Of a stretch of DNA of 54,875 nt, positions 46,448 through 54,875 are shown piece after piece. Source of the DNA: Deltaproteobacteria bacterium (lineage in GTDB: Bacteria > Desulfobacterota > Dissulfuribacteria > Dissulfuribacterales > QOAL01); the NCBI GenBank assembly GCA_027067775.1, contig JAMOVK010000032.1, forward strand, positions 1-54,875, given 5' to 3'. Each line of letters opens with the position of its first letter. Positions within the stretch are counted from its first letter, which is position 1. Under the pieces are notes generated by a model that made no database searches, was not told the origin of the DNA, and saw only the letters and a list, made by a program, of their open reading frames with translations. The position numbers were made by a program, and so were the translations under genes.

Positions 46448-46755
46448 CTGTCGCTCCTTTTAAATCAACAGTCTAAATGCGTGGTTAGGCCCTAGCGCAA
46501 TCTTTTATATCACGTCAAGAAATTTCTGTTTGGTTACTGTTAGGAAGGGAAGATAAGATTTTCAACTTTGATAGAAGGTATAAATTAAATCCTTCCATCA
46601 ACAAGGTAAATACTAAAAAACCCTGTCTTGACGTAAAGAGCAGGCCTAAAAAAATAACCTTGTAAAGAACCGGCTAGTTAACCTAACAAAACAAGAGGCG
46701 AATTTCAAGTCAGACTAGATCTATCAGGCCTCTTTTGTCTGAAGGCCCGGTTCTT

Positions 46756-47469
46756 CTAGTCAAGCTCCACACTCTGTCCTGGAGAAAGAACTATCAGATC
46801 TGCCTCTATATGGTGTGCCTTAAGCTGTCTTTCAAACTCTCCTACGGTTCCAGTAAGTGCAGGGAAGGTACCGTAGTGCATAGGAACTATTATCTTTGAA
46901 TCAATGAGTTTGCAGGCATAAGCAGCCTCTTTTGGTCCCATGACATAGTGGTCTCCGATGGGTATAAGTGCCACTTTGGGCTGGTAAAGGTTACCTATTA
47001 TTGCCATATCACCAAATAGAGCAGTATCTCCTGCATGGTATATTTTTGTCCCATCCTCTAGACCAACCACAAATCCGGCCGCTTCTCCTGCGTAAAAAAG
47101 ATCTTGCCCTTCCTGGATAGACGAACTGTGTACGGCATGCACCATAGTTATTGACACCCCTTTGGTAATATAGGTTCCTCCAATATTCATTCCTGTAACG
47201 TTTGGAAAGCCTTTGGTGAGCAGATACTGCTGTATCTCGTGAATGGCTACTATTTCTGTGGCAGATGAGGTTGCCATCTCCATACAGTTTCCAAGATGGT
47301 CACCATGTCCATGTGTTACCAAGATGAGATCGGCCTCGGTATCTTTCTTTGCATCTTCAGGAGCACTGGGATTGTCAAGCCATGGGTCTATCCAGATCCT
47401 GAGCCCCTTTTTGGTAGTAATACAAAAGGCGGAATGACCATAAAAGGTAAGTATATTTGATTTAATCAT
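46756..47469 (-). CDS. Metallo-beta-lactamase-fold hydrolase (UPF0173-like)
   Basis: GHSAF, IDPW, THGHGDH, HSS, YHAGDT, PMHYGTF. Confidence 0.92.
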   Translation of the reverse strand: MIKSNILTFYGHSAFCITTKKGLRIWIDPWLDNPSAPEDAKKDTEADLILVTHGHGDHLGNCMEMATSSATEIVAIHEIQQYLLTKGFPNVTGMNIGGTYITKGVSITMVHAVHSSSIQEGQDLFYAGEAAGFVVGLEDGTKIYHAGDTALFGDMAIIGNLYQPKVALIPIGDHYVMGPKEAAYACKLIDSKIIVPMHYGTFPALTGTVGEFERQLKAHHIEADLIVLSPGQSVELD

Positions 47470-48022
47470 TACAGTTCCTCCTGAATATGATGTTTAATTT
47501 AATCGGTTTAATGTCTAGCCTGTCAAATATAATCTTTTCCATATGGAGGCCTTGTCTGTAGAGCTCGTCTATCCGTTTTATGCTTTTTTCATTATGACCA
47601 TATCTTTTGAATAGATCTTCAAACCTCTCTTCCAGACTTACAACACTTGTATGTTTTACACGTTTGTCTGCATAGTTGACAACAAGTTCCTCGCAAATCT
47701 GTCCAGCCGAAAGTAGAGTCGGATCAAGGTGCACGTGAGATTCTACTATTCTGGCAACATCTTCGTAACCAATGTCTGTAATTATTTTTGCACCTATAAT
47801 GGCATGATCACCACCGTATAAAACCGATTTGTACTTGGCCACATCATGAAGAAGCCCTCCTGCCTGCAAAAGAGGAATGGAAATGTTACAGCCGGTTTCT
47901 CTTAGCATATTGCCAATAAACACCGCTACCTTGGCTACCTTGACACAGTGTCTGATAATGTGAACCGGATTATGATATTGTTTCAAGATCTTGATGGCTG
48001 TTTTGTCATTGGGAATCTTCAT
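47462..48022 (-). CDS. HD/HDIG-domain phosphohydrolase
   Basis: HIIRHC…LLHDVAK…H…H…YADKRV. Confidence 0.88.
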   Translation of the reverse strand: MKIPNDKTAIKILKQYHNPVHIIRHCVKVAKVAVFIGNMLRETGCNISIPLLQAGGLLHDVAKYKSVLYGGDHAIIGAKIITDIGYEDVARIVESHVHLDPTLLSAGQICEELVVNYADKRVKHTSVVSLEERFEDLFKRYGHNEKSIKRIDELYRQGLHMEKIIFDRLDIKPIKLNIIFRRNCND

Positions 48023-48150
48023 ATTTTGAAATATGACAAATAAACTTTTGTGTTACAATAATAGGTGTCTTTCATTCTATGAAATTATTTGAAAGTGAAT
48101 CAGATTAAGGACCGGTTTTTTTTCTTTGGACTAGGACTATAACGGGGTGA

Positions 48151-48492
48151 ATGGAGGGTAATGTGAAAAGGTTCAGGCAATTTCTTGGTAAAAAACTTGA
48201 TATCCAAAGGGCTACAAATGAACCAGAACTTTCCAGATGGAACATCAAGGTTAGATACGCCCCGGAGGTGCCAGAAGATTTTGATGAGTATGAATTTGGT
48301 ATAGACTATAAGAACGAACAGGATGTAGGTTTCCTGGTTGCAATTGAGAGGGGGAAAATCGCAAGGCTCCTTTTTGGCTGGACTGTACCCGAAAACCCTG
48401 ACATGTTAAGACCCATGTCTGATAATGAACTAGAAGGCCTGCTAGATGCTAAAGGAAGGGACCTTATTGAATTTTTCCATTTTGTAACTTGA
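48151..48492 (+). CDS. Hypothetical protein
   Basis: 113-aa acidic ORF with GGGGTG RBS heading the bcp operon. Confidence 0.6.
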   Translation: MEGNVKRFRQFLGKKLDIQRATNEPELSRWNIKVRYAPEVPEDFDEYEFGIDYKNEQDVGFLVAIERGKIARLLFGWTVPENPDMLRPMSDNELEGLLDAKGRDLIEFFHFVT

Positions 48493-48513
48493 TAATGCAT
48501 AGAGGATAGGAGC

Positions 48514-49020
48514 ATGCTTGAGATAGGAGAAAAGGCGCCTGAATTCTCGTTAAAGGATTCAGAAGGCAGAGATGTTCGGCTTTCAGATTTTAAGGGTAAG
48601 TGGATAGTATTGTATTTTTATCCTAGGGATAACACCTCTGGATGTACGAAAGAGGCGTGTGATTTTACAGAACTTTTACCCCGTTTCAAAGATAGTGGTG
48701 CTATTGTTTTAGGAGTGAGCCCTGATACGCCAGAAAGTCACAAAAAGTTTGCTGAAAAACACAATCTCCAGGTTGTTCTTCTTTCAGACCCACAAAAAGA
48801 GGTGTTAAAGGCTTACGGAGCTTGGGGAAAAAAGAAGAACTACGGAAGAGAATACGAAGGGGTGATAAGATCCACCTTTCTCATAGATCCTGATGGCAAG
48901 ATTGCCTGGAAGTGGAAAAACGTTCGTGTCCGCACTAAGAGAAAGGGCCAGGAAGTCCGGCATGCGGATCAGGTGCTGGAAAAGCTCGAGTCGTTACAGG
49001 CAAAAGGTCAACAGTCATGA
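48514..49020 (+). CDS. bcp: Peroxiredoxin Bcp
   Basis: YFYPRDNTSGCTKEAC (PxxxTxxC), GVSPD, RSTFLID. Confidence 0.93.
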   Translation: MLEIGEKAPEFSLKDSEGRDVRLSDFKGKWIVLYFYPRDNTSGCTKEACDFTELLPRFKDSGAIVLGVSPDTPESHKKFAEKHNLQVVLLSDPQKEVLKAYGAWGKKKNYGREYEGVIRSTFLIDPDGKIAWKWKNVRVRTKRKGQEVRHADQVLEKLESLQAKGQQS

Positions 49021-49886
49021 AGATGCATCTTGATTGTCCGGAGTGTTTTGTAAGACAGGCCATCAGGACTGGTCAGCTTCTTCGTTGTCCTAATTCGGTG
49101 TTGTGGGACCTGGTAAAAGGATGTGGAACAATTTTGTCTCAGATAGAACATGAATTTTCTCCTCCGCAAAATGCAGTGGCCCTGTACGACATGATCTCCT
49201 TAAAGGTTGGAAAAGAGGATCCATTCTATCAACTTAAGAAGGAAAGCACTCAACAGGCGCTTGCCCTGTATCCAAGGCTTAAAGAGAAGATAAAAAATTC
49301 TGCTGACCCTCTTGATACTGCCTTGCGGCTTGCCGCATGCGGAAACGTGGTAGATTATGGTGTTTCATCTGATTTTGATCTAATGAAAGAGGTGGAAGAG
49401 GTCTTTAACGCCGACTTCTTTCATTACGAATATGAAGAATTCGCTGAAAAATTACATCAAGTTGACTGGATACTTTATATAGGAGATAACTGTGGGGAAT
49501 CTGTTTTTGATAGGATGCTTATTGAAGAGCTTGGGATACCTGTCAAATACGCAGTCAGAGGTGGTCCTATAATTAATGATGTCACCAAAGAAGATGCTGT
49601 TGATGCAGGCATAGATCAGGTGGCTGAGATAGTGTCTACTGGCTGCCGGGCCCCTGGCATAGTCTTTGACTGGTGTTCTGACGAATTCAAGGCCTTGTAT
49701 GATTCTGCACCTATGATAATAAGCAAGGGTCAGGGAAACTTTGAGACCCTTTCCGATGAAAAAAGAGAAATTTTTTTCATTTTTAAGATAAAATGTAAGG
49801 TGGTGGCAAGTTTTCTAGACTCTCCTTTAAATAGCATGTTTTTTGGTAGAACCAAGACAGTGGCTCTAGATCCTAATGGATCCTAG
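49017..49886 (+). CDS. DUF89/ARMT1-like damage-control phosphatase
   Basis: DCPEC, GNVVDYG, DNCGE, PIIND, SKGQGNFE, KIKC motifs. Confidence 0.9.
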   Translation: MKMHLDCPECFVRQAIRTGQLLRCPNSVLWDLVKGCGTILSQIEHEFSPPQNAVALYDMISLKVGKEDPFYQLKKESTQQALALYPRLKEKIKNSADPLDTALRLAACGNVVDYGVSSDFDLMKEVEEVFNADFFHYEYEEFAEKLHQVDWILYIGDNCGESVFDRMLIEELGIPVKYAVRGGPIINDVTKEDAVDAGIDQVAEIVSTGCRAPGIVFDWCSDEFKALYDSAPMIISKGQGNFETLSDEKREIFFIFKIKCKVVASFLDSPLNSMFFGRTKTVALDPNGS

Positions 49887-49977
49887 CGGCCTTGCTTCAC
49901 CTCTTTTTAAGCTTGATTTTTATCATACGCTCATTATATTTTAAGACAATATTATAGAAAAAGGAGGTGAAAAGACT

Positions 49978-50256
49978 ATGCCTGGATTTAATGCAACAGG
50001 TCCCTTTGGCGCAGGGCCAGGAACTGGAAGAAGACGCGGACGTTGTTTCGGATTTGGAAACGCATCCAATCAAGACAGAGGCTGGTTTGGCTTTGGAAGA
50101 AGAGGCGGACGCGGTTTTTGTAGATGGCAGCCAGGCTGGGGCAGAAGGGGATTCTTTTCTGGCTCAGATGAGAAGGAATTGCTCTTACAAGAAAAATCCT
50201 GGTTAGAAAGAAGGCTTTCTGATATCAGAGAAAGACTTTCTTCCTTCGGCTCCTAA
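49978..50256 (+). CDS. DUF5320-family Gly/Arg-rich protein
   Basis: MPGFNATGPFGAGPGTGRRRGRC, GRGF/GWGRRG repeats, C-terminal coiled coil; AGGAGGTG RBS. Confidence 0.85.
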   Translation: MPGFNATGPFGAGPGTGRRRGRCFGFGNASNQDRGWFGFGRRGGRGFCRWQPGWGRRGFFSGSDEKELLLQEKSWLERRLSDIRERLSSFGS

Positions 50257-50275
50257 AAAGCCCACTTGAAGCTAT

Positions 50276-50307
50276 CAGAAACCTTGGTCCAGCCACCGAG
50301 GTTTCTG
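50276..50307 (+). terminator. Probable terminator after DUF5320
   Basis: CAGAAACCTTGGT / ACCGAGGTTTCTG 13-bp stem (one G:U), T-rich sequence downstream. Confidence 0.6.
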
Positions 50308-50394
50308 GTGGTTTATCTTTTTTCTCCAACTAAAAATACTCGAAAAAAACTTCCGTGCGTGTAAGATAGGCCAGAAAAAAACGGGATATTCCAC

Positions 50395-51543
50395 TTGAGA
50401 ATTCTCCAAAAAGCTGTCTTAAAGGCACTGGCAAAGACAAAAAAAAGGCCCCTTTCTGTTACGCTTGACAAGTTCAGGCCCCAAGAGGTTAAAAAGACAT
50501 TGGTGGTTTCCTCTACTGCCATTGGAGATGCACTTTTTGCCGTGCCAGGCATACGGGCTCTCAAGACCCTGCTTCCAGAGGCCAAAATTGATTTTATGGT
50601 CAGGGACAAGGTAGCTGGTCTGTTTGCAAATTTTCCCTTAATTGATGATCTGTTGGTCTACAGAGGCAGGTACAAAAATGCCCTTGGGCTTTTATCCGCC
50701 TTGCGAAAGAAAAGATACGATCTTTGCATTGTTTTTCATGACAGTGATCCATGTCCTGTGGAAGTGGCCCATGTGGCGAACATTCCCTTTATCTTTAGAA
50801 TAGGTCAAAAGGATCATAAGACTGCACACTTGTTAACAAAGCGGATCCCCTATGACAATACCAAGCATGCCATAGATCAAAGACTCGAGGTGCTAAGACA
50901 CGTATTTAGGGTACCCTTGAACCATCCAAGGGATCTGAGAATGGAGCTTCCAGTAAATGAAGAGGAACTCAAGGTATTTAGGCAAAGGTACTTACACCCT
51001 TTTAAAGATGTCACCAGAGAAGACCATGCAATCATGACAGTGGCATTTCAATTTTCTGCCTCTGGATCTTATAAGGAATGGCCAGAAGAAAACTTTGTTG
51101 AACTTGGAAAACGCCTTATCAAAAATAAATACAGGGTTGTTCTAATAGGTGGCCCATCTGACAGACCTCGGGCAGAACGTTTGTTGCAGGCCATAAGTGA
51201 AGGTACAGACGGTGAGTGTGTGTTGAATCTGGCAGGTCAGATAGATCTTAAGCACTTACCAGTGGCCTTAAAGGCTGTAGATCTTTTAGTAACAAACGAT
51301 ACAGGGCCTTTGCATGTAGCAATATCAGTAGGTACAAGGACCGTTTCCCTCTTTGTGCCTAGCAATGTGGCAGGAACAGGGCCAATACAGGATCTGCATT
51401 TACACAAGGTGATAACCAAGCCCAAACCCTGCAATCCATGTATTGAAAAGTATTGCAAGCAGGCCACCTGTATGGGACTGATAGGTGTTGATGAGGTTTT
51501 TGATCAGGTACAGAATTCCTTAGCTCAAAAACGTAATGAATAA
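50395..51543 (+). CDS. Glycosyltransferase family 9 (LPS heptosyltransferase-like)
   Basis: AIGDALF, KEWPEENF, VTNDTGPLHVA, CNPC…C…CM. Confidence 0.9.
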   Translation: MRILQKAVLKALAKTKKRPLSVTLDKFRPQEVKKTLVVSSTAIGDALFAVPGIRALKTLLPEAKIDFMVRDKVAGLFANFPLIDDLLVYRGRYKNALGLLSALRKKRYDLCIVFHDSDPCPVEVAHVANIPFIFRIGQKDHKTAHLLTKRIPYDNTKHAIDQRLEVLRHVFRVPLNHPRDLRMELPVNEEELKVFRQRYLHPFKDVTREDHAIMTVAFQFSASGSYKEWPEENFVELGKRLIKNKYRVVLIGGPSDRPRAERLLQAISEGTDGECVLNLAGQIDLKHLPVALKAVDLLVTNDTGPLHVAISVGTRTVSLFVPSNVAGTGPIQDLHLHKVITKPKPCNPCIEKYCKQATCMGLIGVDEVFDQVQNSLAQKRNE

Positions 51544-53068
51544 AGAACAGCTAATCTCAGTTCCTGCTGATTTGACATGGATCTTGTTTGAAGGGGATAA
51601 AGATTCCTCCCCTTTTAAAGATGAAGAGTTTATCCTTCTTAAGCAGCGGCCCCACAGAAAGGTTTTTAAGGGAAAAGAGGTTTTTGTAAAGGCCTTTAGG
51701 CTGAGCACTGCAGAAAGATTATTCAAAAGGGATGGCGCCCTTAAGGAGTTTACCATTTCAAAAGTCTTGTACGAACAAAGGGCAAGGGCACCGAAACCAT
51801 TAGGACTCGGAAAGTGGAAGGGATGGAGGTTTTTTGTATCTCAAAGGATTGAGGGAATATGCCTTGACAGTTTTTTTAAAGAGGAGTGGAGAGGACTTTC
51901 TACTCAGGAAAAGATCCTTTATATTAAAAAATTTTCTCATTTTTTAAGTGACTTAGCTCATTGTGGGCTAATGCAACCTGATTTTCATCTTAACAACGTA
52001 TTGCTTGATATCCAAAGGGATGATTTTGTCTTAATAGATCTTCACAGGGCAGAGTGGATAGGCAGACCCCTTTCCAATGAACTGGTCTGTGAACAGCTTA
52101 GATATATTCTACCCTCTCTTTCAGGTTATCTAAGCAGATATGAACTACTCAAGGCTACCGCCATTGTCTCAAGATGGCTACCTGATTTGAAGGTAAGGAG
52201 TAGTCGCTTTTTTATCCAGCAGATCGCCTATAAAGACGTTGCCCAAAACTGCAAGAAAAAGGCAAAAAGACGGCTTAAACGGATATTGCTTAAAAAAAAG
52301 GAGAACGGAATCAGGTTGCTAACCACAAGGTCTGTAGGCGAGGATCTGGCTCTTACTATTGGAAACTCTATTTTATCTCGAGTTAATAAACCACAGCCCC
52401 TTTCTGATGATGCCATTTTAAAGGACTCAAAACATACCTTGTGTTTTAGGATGCAGTTTGAAGACCGTCCCTATTTTATAAAATGCTATCGAAGTTCAGG
52501 TAGTCTCAAGAGCTTGTCATATTTGGTTAGACTGCCACGGGCAATAAAGGCATGGAATGCCTCATGGCACCTTCATTATCTTGGTATCAACACCCTCTTA
52601 CCAATAGTTGCCATTCAAACACCAAATCCGTGGAATAAGATCTATGGTTTTATAGTATATCCATGGAATAACGAGGTTGCTTCTACAAAACAGCAGATAA
52701 AAGATACTGTTCGGGACAAGACCGAATCTCACCATATGATAAACACTCTTGCCTTTTTTATATGGGATATGCACCAAAAGGGTGTATTTCATGGTGACTG
52801 CAAGATAACCAACTTTGTTTTGTCACAGGATCGCAAGGATCTAATGATATTTGATCTGGACTCTAGCAGGTTTCTAAATACTGTTCCAGATAGACTCCGC
52901 ATCAAAGACCTTGCAGTCATGGCAAGATCTCTTGAAAAGTTGACAGGGTCTACGCAAGAGGTTACCCAACGACTTTTTCTAGCCTATTGCAGGTACCATG
53001 TACCTTGGCAAAAGGATTTTCATGGCCTGCTGAACAAGGTGATAAGCAAGGTGAGCCAAAGGAAATGA
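51536..53068 (+). CDS. LPS kinase (WaaP/Kdo/InaA family) with two tandem kinase domains
   Basis: Domain 1 VFVK…QPDFHLNN…LIDLH; domain 2 YFIK…HGDCKITN…IFDLDS. Confidence 0.8.
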   Translation: MNKEQLISVPADLTWILFEGDKDSSPFKDEEFILLKQRPHRKVFKGKEVFVKAFRLSTAERLFKRDGALKEFTISKVLYEQRARAPKPLGLGKWKGWRFFVSQRIEGICLDSFFKEEWRGLSTQEKILYIKKFSHFLSDLAHCGLMQPDFHLNNVLLDIQRDDFVLIDLHRAEWIGRPLSNELVCEQLRYILPSLSGYLSRYELLKATAIVSRWLPDLKVRSSRFFIQQIAYKDVAQNCKKKAKRRLKRILLKKKENGIRLLTTRSVGEDLALTIGNSILSRVNKPQPLSDDAILKDSKHTLCFRMQFEDRPYFIKCYRSSGSLKSLSYLVRLPRAIKAWNASWHLHYLGINTLLPIVAIQTPNPWNKIYGFIVYPWNNEVASTKQQIKDTVRDKTESHHMINTLAFFIWDMHQKGVFHGDCKITNFVLSQDRKDLMIFDLDSSRFLNTVPDRLRIKDLAVMARSLEKLTGSTQEVTQRLFLAYCRYHVPWQKDFHGLLNKVISKVSQRK

Positions 53069-54216
53069 AAAGGCTGTCGGTTCTGTTTGATTGGGATGCA
53101 GTTGTGAGAAACCCGTATTCTGGTTTTTATACCTTTGGCACAGGCCTCATAAATGAGTTTTCAAATCTCAATCTGCCAGTTGACATGACCCTTTTTTTTC
53201 AAAAGCGCTACAAACGGCAAACTGATACCTTTTTTCAAAAACTCTCTAGGCAACAGCAGGCAAGGTTAAATCTCAAGAGCACTTGTATAAAGTTCAGATG
53301 GCTTGAAAGTATTTGGGAAATTCTTGCAATACCCTCCCTGGAATCAATCGCAGGCCATTATCAAATGTATCACTGTTTTCATCATTTTATGCCACGTAAG
53401 TTTAAAGGTGTAAAAATTTTGACCGTTCATGATCTCAGGCGTTACAAGCTTCCCCACCTGTATCCCAGATCAAGATTACGTCCCTTTGAAAGAGCAGTTA
53501 AGAGGGCAAATCACTTCATCTGTGTATCAGAGGCTACCAAAAAGGATCTATGTTCAACGTTTGACATCAATAAGGGTAGGGTAGATGTGGTGCATCTGGC
53601 AACCAATATAAATGTCATGACAGAGGATGCAAGAAATGCCAAACTTTACGTTCGTAGGGAGCTTAAAAAAAGAGGTATTCCGCAACTGCCGTATCTACTT
53701 GCTTTTTCATCAAAGGATCGCAGAAAGAACATCTCTGTCATAGCACGGGCATTTGATCTTGCCAGGAAGGCCACGGGTCAAGACATTATGCTTTTGATAA
53801 TAGGCTCCATAAATTTGATAGATAAAAAAGAAATTTCAAAAATAGATAACGTCTTTTGGCTTGGGGAGGTAGAAGAGGTATATCCGTGGCTTTATCAATC
53901 ACAAACTCTTGTATTTACAAGTCTTTATGAGGGCTTTGGCCTTCCAATTCTTGAAGCTTTCACGGCTAAGGTCCCAGTCATTACTTCAAATTGTTCATCA
54001 ATGCCAGAGGTAGCGGGAGAGGCTGCACTTTTAGTGGATCCTCGTAACATAAGGGATATTTCAGAGGGTATAAAGACTGTTTGCATGGACGAAAACTTGA
54101 GAAACGAACTTGTAGCCAAAGGGGAGAAAAGGGCAAAAGAATTTAGCTGGGAGAAGAGTGCCAGGCAAACCTTTGAAATTTACCAAAAGGTATTCAACGG
54201 TTCTTCAGTTGTTTAG
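53065..54216 (+). CDS. Glycosyltransferase family 4 (GT-B)
   Basis: TVHDL, VSEATKKDL, RKN, SLYEGFGLPILEA; ATG 53065 overlaps the kinase TGA. Confidence 0.92.
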   Translation: MKRLSVLFDWDAVVRNPYSGFYTFGTGLINEFSNLNLPVDMTLFFQKRYKRQTDTFFQKLSRQQQARLNLKSTCIKFRWLESIWEILAIPSLESIAGHYQMYHCFHHFMPRKFKGVKILTVHDLRRYKLPHLYPRSRLRPFERAVKRANHFICVSEATKKDLCSTFDINKGRVDVVHLATNINVMTEDARNAKLYVRRELKKRGIPQLPYLLAFSSKDRRKNISVIARAFDLARKATGQDIMLLIIGSINLIDKKEISKIDNVFWLGEVEEVYPWLYQSQTLVFTSLYEGFGLPILEAFTAKVPVITSNCSSMPEVAGEAALLVDPRNIRDISEGIKTVCMDENLRNELVAKGEKRAKEFSWEKSARQTFEIYQKVFNGSSVV

Positions 54217-54225
54217 TTGAAAAGG

Positions 54226-54837
54226 TCAATCCTGTTTTTTTTCTCTCTTTTCTTTTTGCAAACGTCTCATTCGAAGATGCAGCACCTGACGGCTGAATAT
54301 GTGTTCGATAAGTTTTTCCTTATCATCTTCGGTTATCCAAATGAACTTCAGTCCAGCAAACCAGCCATCACTCTTTTTTTCTGTGCGTACCACTTGTCCA
54401 AAGCAGGTAAAAAAATAGTGTTCCGGAAGAAGCCCTATTGATAGACTGAGAATTGTGCCTTTTGAAAGTTCTTCTTTGGCAAGAAAGCCAAGACCCTTTG
54501 CACTAAGATCAACCTTGTAAAGCTTGTTTGGTACGCTACCCCTGTCACACATTTCCTCAGTGCCAATGAGCCCCAGTATCATGTTCAGTTTTTGATCTAC
54601 AATCTCAAGGACTGCTGCAAGATCCTTGTCCCTGTCTTTGATGTTTTTGAGATGTTTCTTAATGTCTTTCTGAAAGGTAGGGTGGCAAGAGTCTACCCAT
54701 GGGTCTTCAACGCCTTCCATGTATTCGCGCACCCTTGACTTAAATTCTTCTGGGGTAACGGGATGGTAAGATAAAAGAACCCTGTCCTTAATCCTTATAG
54801 AATCTCTTTGTTCTGTATTTTCCCTATTCATAATCAT
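54226..54837 (-). CDS. PilZ-domain protein
   Basis: QRDSIR (RxxxR) near the N-terminus and DLSAKG (DxSxxG), GQVVR, GLKF. Confidence 0.85.
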   Translation of the reverse strand: MIMNRENTEQRDSIRIKDRVLLSYHPVTPEEFKSRVREYMEGVEDPWVDSCHPTFQKDIKKHLKNIKDRDKDLAAVLEIVDQKLNMILGLIGTEEMCDRGSVPNKLYKVDLSAKGLGFLAKEELSKGTILSLSIGLLPEHYFFTCFGQVVRTEKKSDGWFAGLKFIWITEDDKEKLIEHIFSRQVLHLRMRRLQKEKREKKQD

Positions 54838-54875
54838 TAATCCATTGGAAGCGGTTCTTGCTTTAATACGCCTTT

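Overview
A gene-dense 54.9-kb bacterial chromosomal window. Gene content (PilMNOP, PEP-synthase-like dikinase, two-subunit biotin carboxylase, DUF5320, LPS core enzymes) suggests a Gram-negative Desulfobacterota (deltaproteobacterial) organism; this is inference only. In order it holds: (1) the 3' part of a putative anti-sigma gene, an outer-membrane beta-barrel and a 1198-aa multi-Ig-repeat subtilase; (2) a DUF4492-cydA-cydB cytochrome bd operon followed by a 30-aa membrane ORF absent from the ORF track; (3) a DUF1080-like protein and an Fe3+-type ABC transporter; (4) tRNA-fMet, mobA, a YkgJ-like Cys-cluster protein, an ABC pair without binding protein, lepA-lepB; (5) pilMNOP, a PilQ-N0/TPR protein lacking a secretin domain, and an MshL-type secretin; (6) a PEP-synthase-like dikinase lacking the PEP barrel next to a dual-specificity phosphatase/Cys-cluster fusion; (7) DUF2760, atypical Hsp70, HEAT repeat and flavodoxin-like genes; (8) housekeeping genes (Smr, EhaR-like HAD, cobD, rdgB, polyferredoxin with an untracked 44-aa CXXC protein, tRNA-Cys, aroF, birA, biotin carboxylase pair, bcp, DUF89, DUF5320); (9) LPS genes and a PilZ protein. 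I saw no CRISPR array, rRNA, integrase or transposase. The best candidates for undescribed systems are the anti-sigma/barrel/Ig-subtilase locus, the dikinase-phosphatase pair, the split PilQ/MshL secretin arrangement and the DUF2760-Hsp70-HEAT operon. All family calls are from motif recognition by eye; no database search was run.
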